Shown here: in pieces, positions 62,622 through 64,000 of the stretch
How positions within the stretch are numbered: position 1 is the first letter of the stretch
How the letters are laid out: each line of letters begins with the position of its first letter
From: Burkholderiales bacterium
GTDB taxonomy: Bacteria; Pseudomonadota; Gammaproteobacteria; Burkholderiales; SG8-39
Assembly (NCBI GenBank): GCA_036262835.1
Contig: DATAID010000104.1
Span: 19,008-83,007, forward strand
Direction of reading: 5' to 3'
Length of the DNA stretch: 64,000 bases
Translations under genes and position numbers: made by a program
The notes under the pieces: generated by a model
Database searches by the model: none
What the model was told of the DNA's origin: nothing
The model's input: only the letters and a program-made list of their open reading frames with translations

Positions 62622-64000
62622 ATGGGACCGATGGCCCGTCGCACGCAAGCGCAGCGCAAGGATTCCGCTCGCGAGCTGAGGGAGGCGCGCGCCCAGCAGG
62701 CCGCCACCGCGGCCATCCTGAAAGTCATCGCGCGCTCGCGCGGCGACGCGCAGCCCGTGTTCGAGGCGATCCAGAAAAGCTGCGAGAAGCTCTTCCGCGG
62801 CTTCCAGATCGGCATCAGCGTCGTGGGCGAGGACGGCCAGCTGCACCTCGGCGCCTATCGCGGCCCCGGCAGGGAGAAGTTCGCGAGCTACTTCCCGATG
62901 CCGCTCAGCCGCGCCACGGGCGCGGGCTCGGCGATTCTGGGCAAGCGCGTCGTCGAATACGCGGACATGCTGGCCAAGGGGGTCCCGGAGTACGTGCGCA
63001 AGTCCTCGCGCGCCACAGGCACCAGGTCCATCATTTTCGCGCCGATGCTTCGCCAGGGGCGCGGCATTGGCGCGATTTATGTCGCCCGGAATTTCAAGGG
63101 CTCCTTCTCGGCAAAGGAGCGCTCGCTGCTCAAGACCTTCGCCGACCAGGCGGTGATCGCGATCGAGAATGTGCGCCTGTTCAACGAGACGAAAGAGGCG
63201 CTCGAGCGGCAGACCGCGACAAGCGAGGTGCTGAAGACCATCAGCCGCTCGACCTTCGATCTGAACGCCGTCCTTCAGGTCCTGATCGAAAACGCGACGC
63301 GGCTTGCGGGCGCCCATCAGGGGTTCATCTTCAGGTTCGACGGCAAGCTCGCGCGCCTCGCGTACTCCTACAACGCGCCGCCTGCGTACAGGGAGCATAT
63401 CGAGGCGCAAGGCGGGTTTGGGCCGGGGCGCGGCGGCCTTGTGTCCCGTGTGCTGCTCGAGCGCCGTACCGTCCACATCGTGGACGCCACGGCCGATCCG
63501 GAATTCACGTTGCACGAGGCGCAGCGCCTCGGCGGTTTTCGCTCGATGCTGGGCGTGCCGATGATGCGCGAGGGAAACCTCATCGGTGTCATCGCGATGT
63601 GGACGACCGAGGTGAGGCCGTTCTCGGAAAAGCAGATCGAGCTCGTCTCCACCTTCGCCGACCAGGCGGTGATCGCGATCGAGAACGTGCGCCTGTTCAA
63701 CGAGACCAAGGAGGCGCTCGAGCGGCAGACGGGGACGGCCGAGGTTCTTCGCGTCATCTCGCAAAACCCGACGGACACCCAGCCCGTATTCGACGCCATT
63801 CTCGAGAGGGCGACCGCGCTTTGCGGGGCCGAAACGGGCCTGCTTTTCAGCTATGCAGACGGTGCCTATCAGGCGCTCGCGCTGCGTATTCCCAATCCAG
63901 CGTTCGCCGCGAGCTTCCGGCAGCCGCGCAAGCCCTCGCCCGAGAGCAACTCCGGTCTGGGGCGCCTGGTGCGCGAGAGGCGCGCCGTGCACATTCCCGA
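62622..64000 (+). CDS. Multi-GAF-domain signalling protein, N-terminal part (runs off the window end)
   Basis: My own translation. It is an open frame from ATG 62622 (or 62631) to the window end. It contains at least 3 GAF-like modules separated by the repeated linker TFADQAVIAIENVRLFNETKEALERQT. It is absent from the track because there is no stop codon. Confidence 0.8.
   Translation, partial: MGPMARRTQAQRKDSARELREARAQQAATAAILKVIARSRGDAQPVFEAIQKSCEKLFRGFQIGISVVGEDGQLHLGAYRGPGREKFASYFPMPLSRATGAGSAILGKRVVEYADMLAKGVPEYVRKSSRATGTRSIIFAPMLRQGRGIGAIYVARNFKGSFSAKERSLLKTFADQAVIAIENVRLFNETKEALERQTATSEVLKTISRSTFDLNAVLQVLIENATRLAGAHQGFIFRFDGKLARLAYSYNAPPAYREHIEAQGGFGPGRGGLVSRVLLERRTVHIVDATADPEFTLHEAQRLGGFRSMLGVPMMREGNLIGVIAMWTTEVRPFSEKQIELVSTFADQAVIAIENVRLFNETKEALERQTGTAEVLRVISQNPTDTQPVFDAILERATALCGAETGLLFSYADGAYQALALRIPNPAFAASFRQPRKPSPESNSGLGRLVRERRAVHIP
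63135..63214 (+). repeat. 80-nt intragenic repeat, copy 1 (GAF linker)
   Basis: 77/80 identical by hand count to 63651-63730. All 3 differences are synonymous. The flanking sequence is divergent. Confidence 0.8.
63651..63730 (+). repeat. 80-nt intragenic repeat, copy 2 (GAF linker)
   Basis: See copy 1. The offset is 516 nt (172 codons). Confidence 0.8.

Noticed and set aside
62553-63992. A 479-aa minus-strand ORF at the window end.
   Set aside because: It is antisense to the multi-GAF gene. The plus-strand translation shows repeated, well-formed GAF modules and conserved linkers. The minus-frame product is Arg/Leu/Ala-rich and featureless.

Overview
This is a high-GC, densely packed chromosomal segment with about 75 genes and very short intergenic regions. 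Many start and stop codons overlap. It is most likely from a Burkholderiales-type betaproteobacterium. That placement is an inference from three orphan Bug/TctC periplasmic binding proteins and the general protein repertoire, not a computed result. I found no rRNA, tRNA, CRISPR array, transposase, integrase, phage gene or recognisable defence gene.

Most of the window is accessory catabolism of lipids or xenobiotics:
- A racemase-family, acyl-CoA ligase, PCuAC and Baeyer-Villiger monooxygenase operon (3.7-8.5 kb).
- An IclR-associated cluster (11.7-24.3 kb) with AMACR-like CoA-transferase, SDR, 3Fe-4S ferredoxin, P450, Bug binding protein, an MBL alkylsulfatase-like hydrolase, a pair of acyl-CoA dehydrogenases, an enoate-type reductase, a GST, an SDR and an MFS transporter.
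- An ADP-forming acyl-CoA synthetase, Fe-ADH and NitT/TauT ABC transporter cluster (24.3-31.4 kb).
- A fadBA-like operon (43.8-47.1 kb).
- An operon of epoxide hydrolase, MaoC dehydratase, cyclase, SDR and GMC oxidoreductase (57.9-62.6 kb).

Between these clusters are several modules that no known pathway explains:
- A translationally coupled DUF2157-DUF4401-GDYXXLXY membrane trio (35.3-37.9 kb). This is my best candidate for an undescribed system.
- An islet of five small envelope or stress proteins (37.9-39.6 kb).
- Three tandem paralogous Ser/Pro-rich lipoproteins (49.7-50.7 kb).
- An M48-TPR peptidase operon with two unknown exported partners (1.2-3.7 kb).
- A membrane GGDEF cyclase coupled to an orphan binding protein and a DUF4124 protein (55.1-57.9 kb).

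Sequence-level oddities:
- Four phased 12-nt T-tract repeats.
- A structure in the 5' UTR that could mask a ribosome-binding site.
- Two probable non-canonical start codons.
- Convergent genes that share CTAG/TTAG stop codons.
- An 80-nt near-identical block repeated inside a multi-GAF gene.

All protein family names come from reading motifs in the translations. No database search was run.
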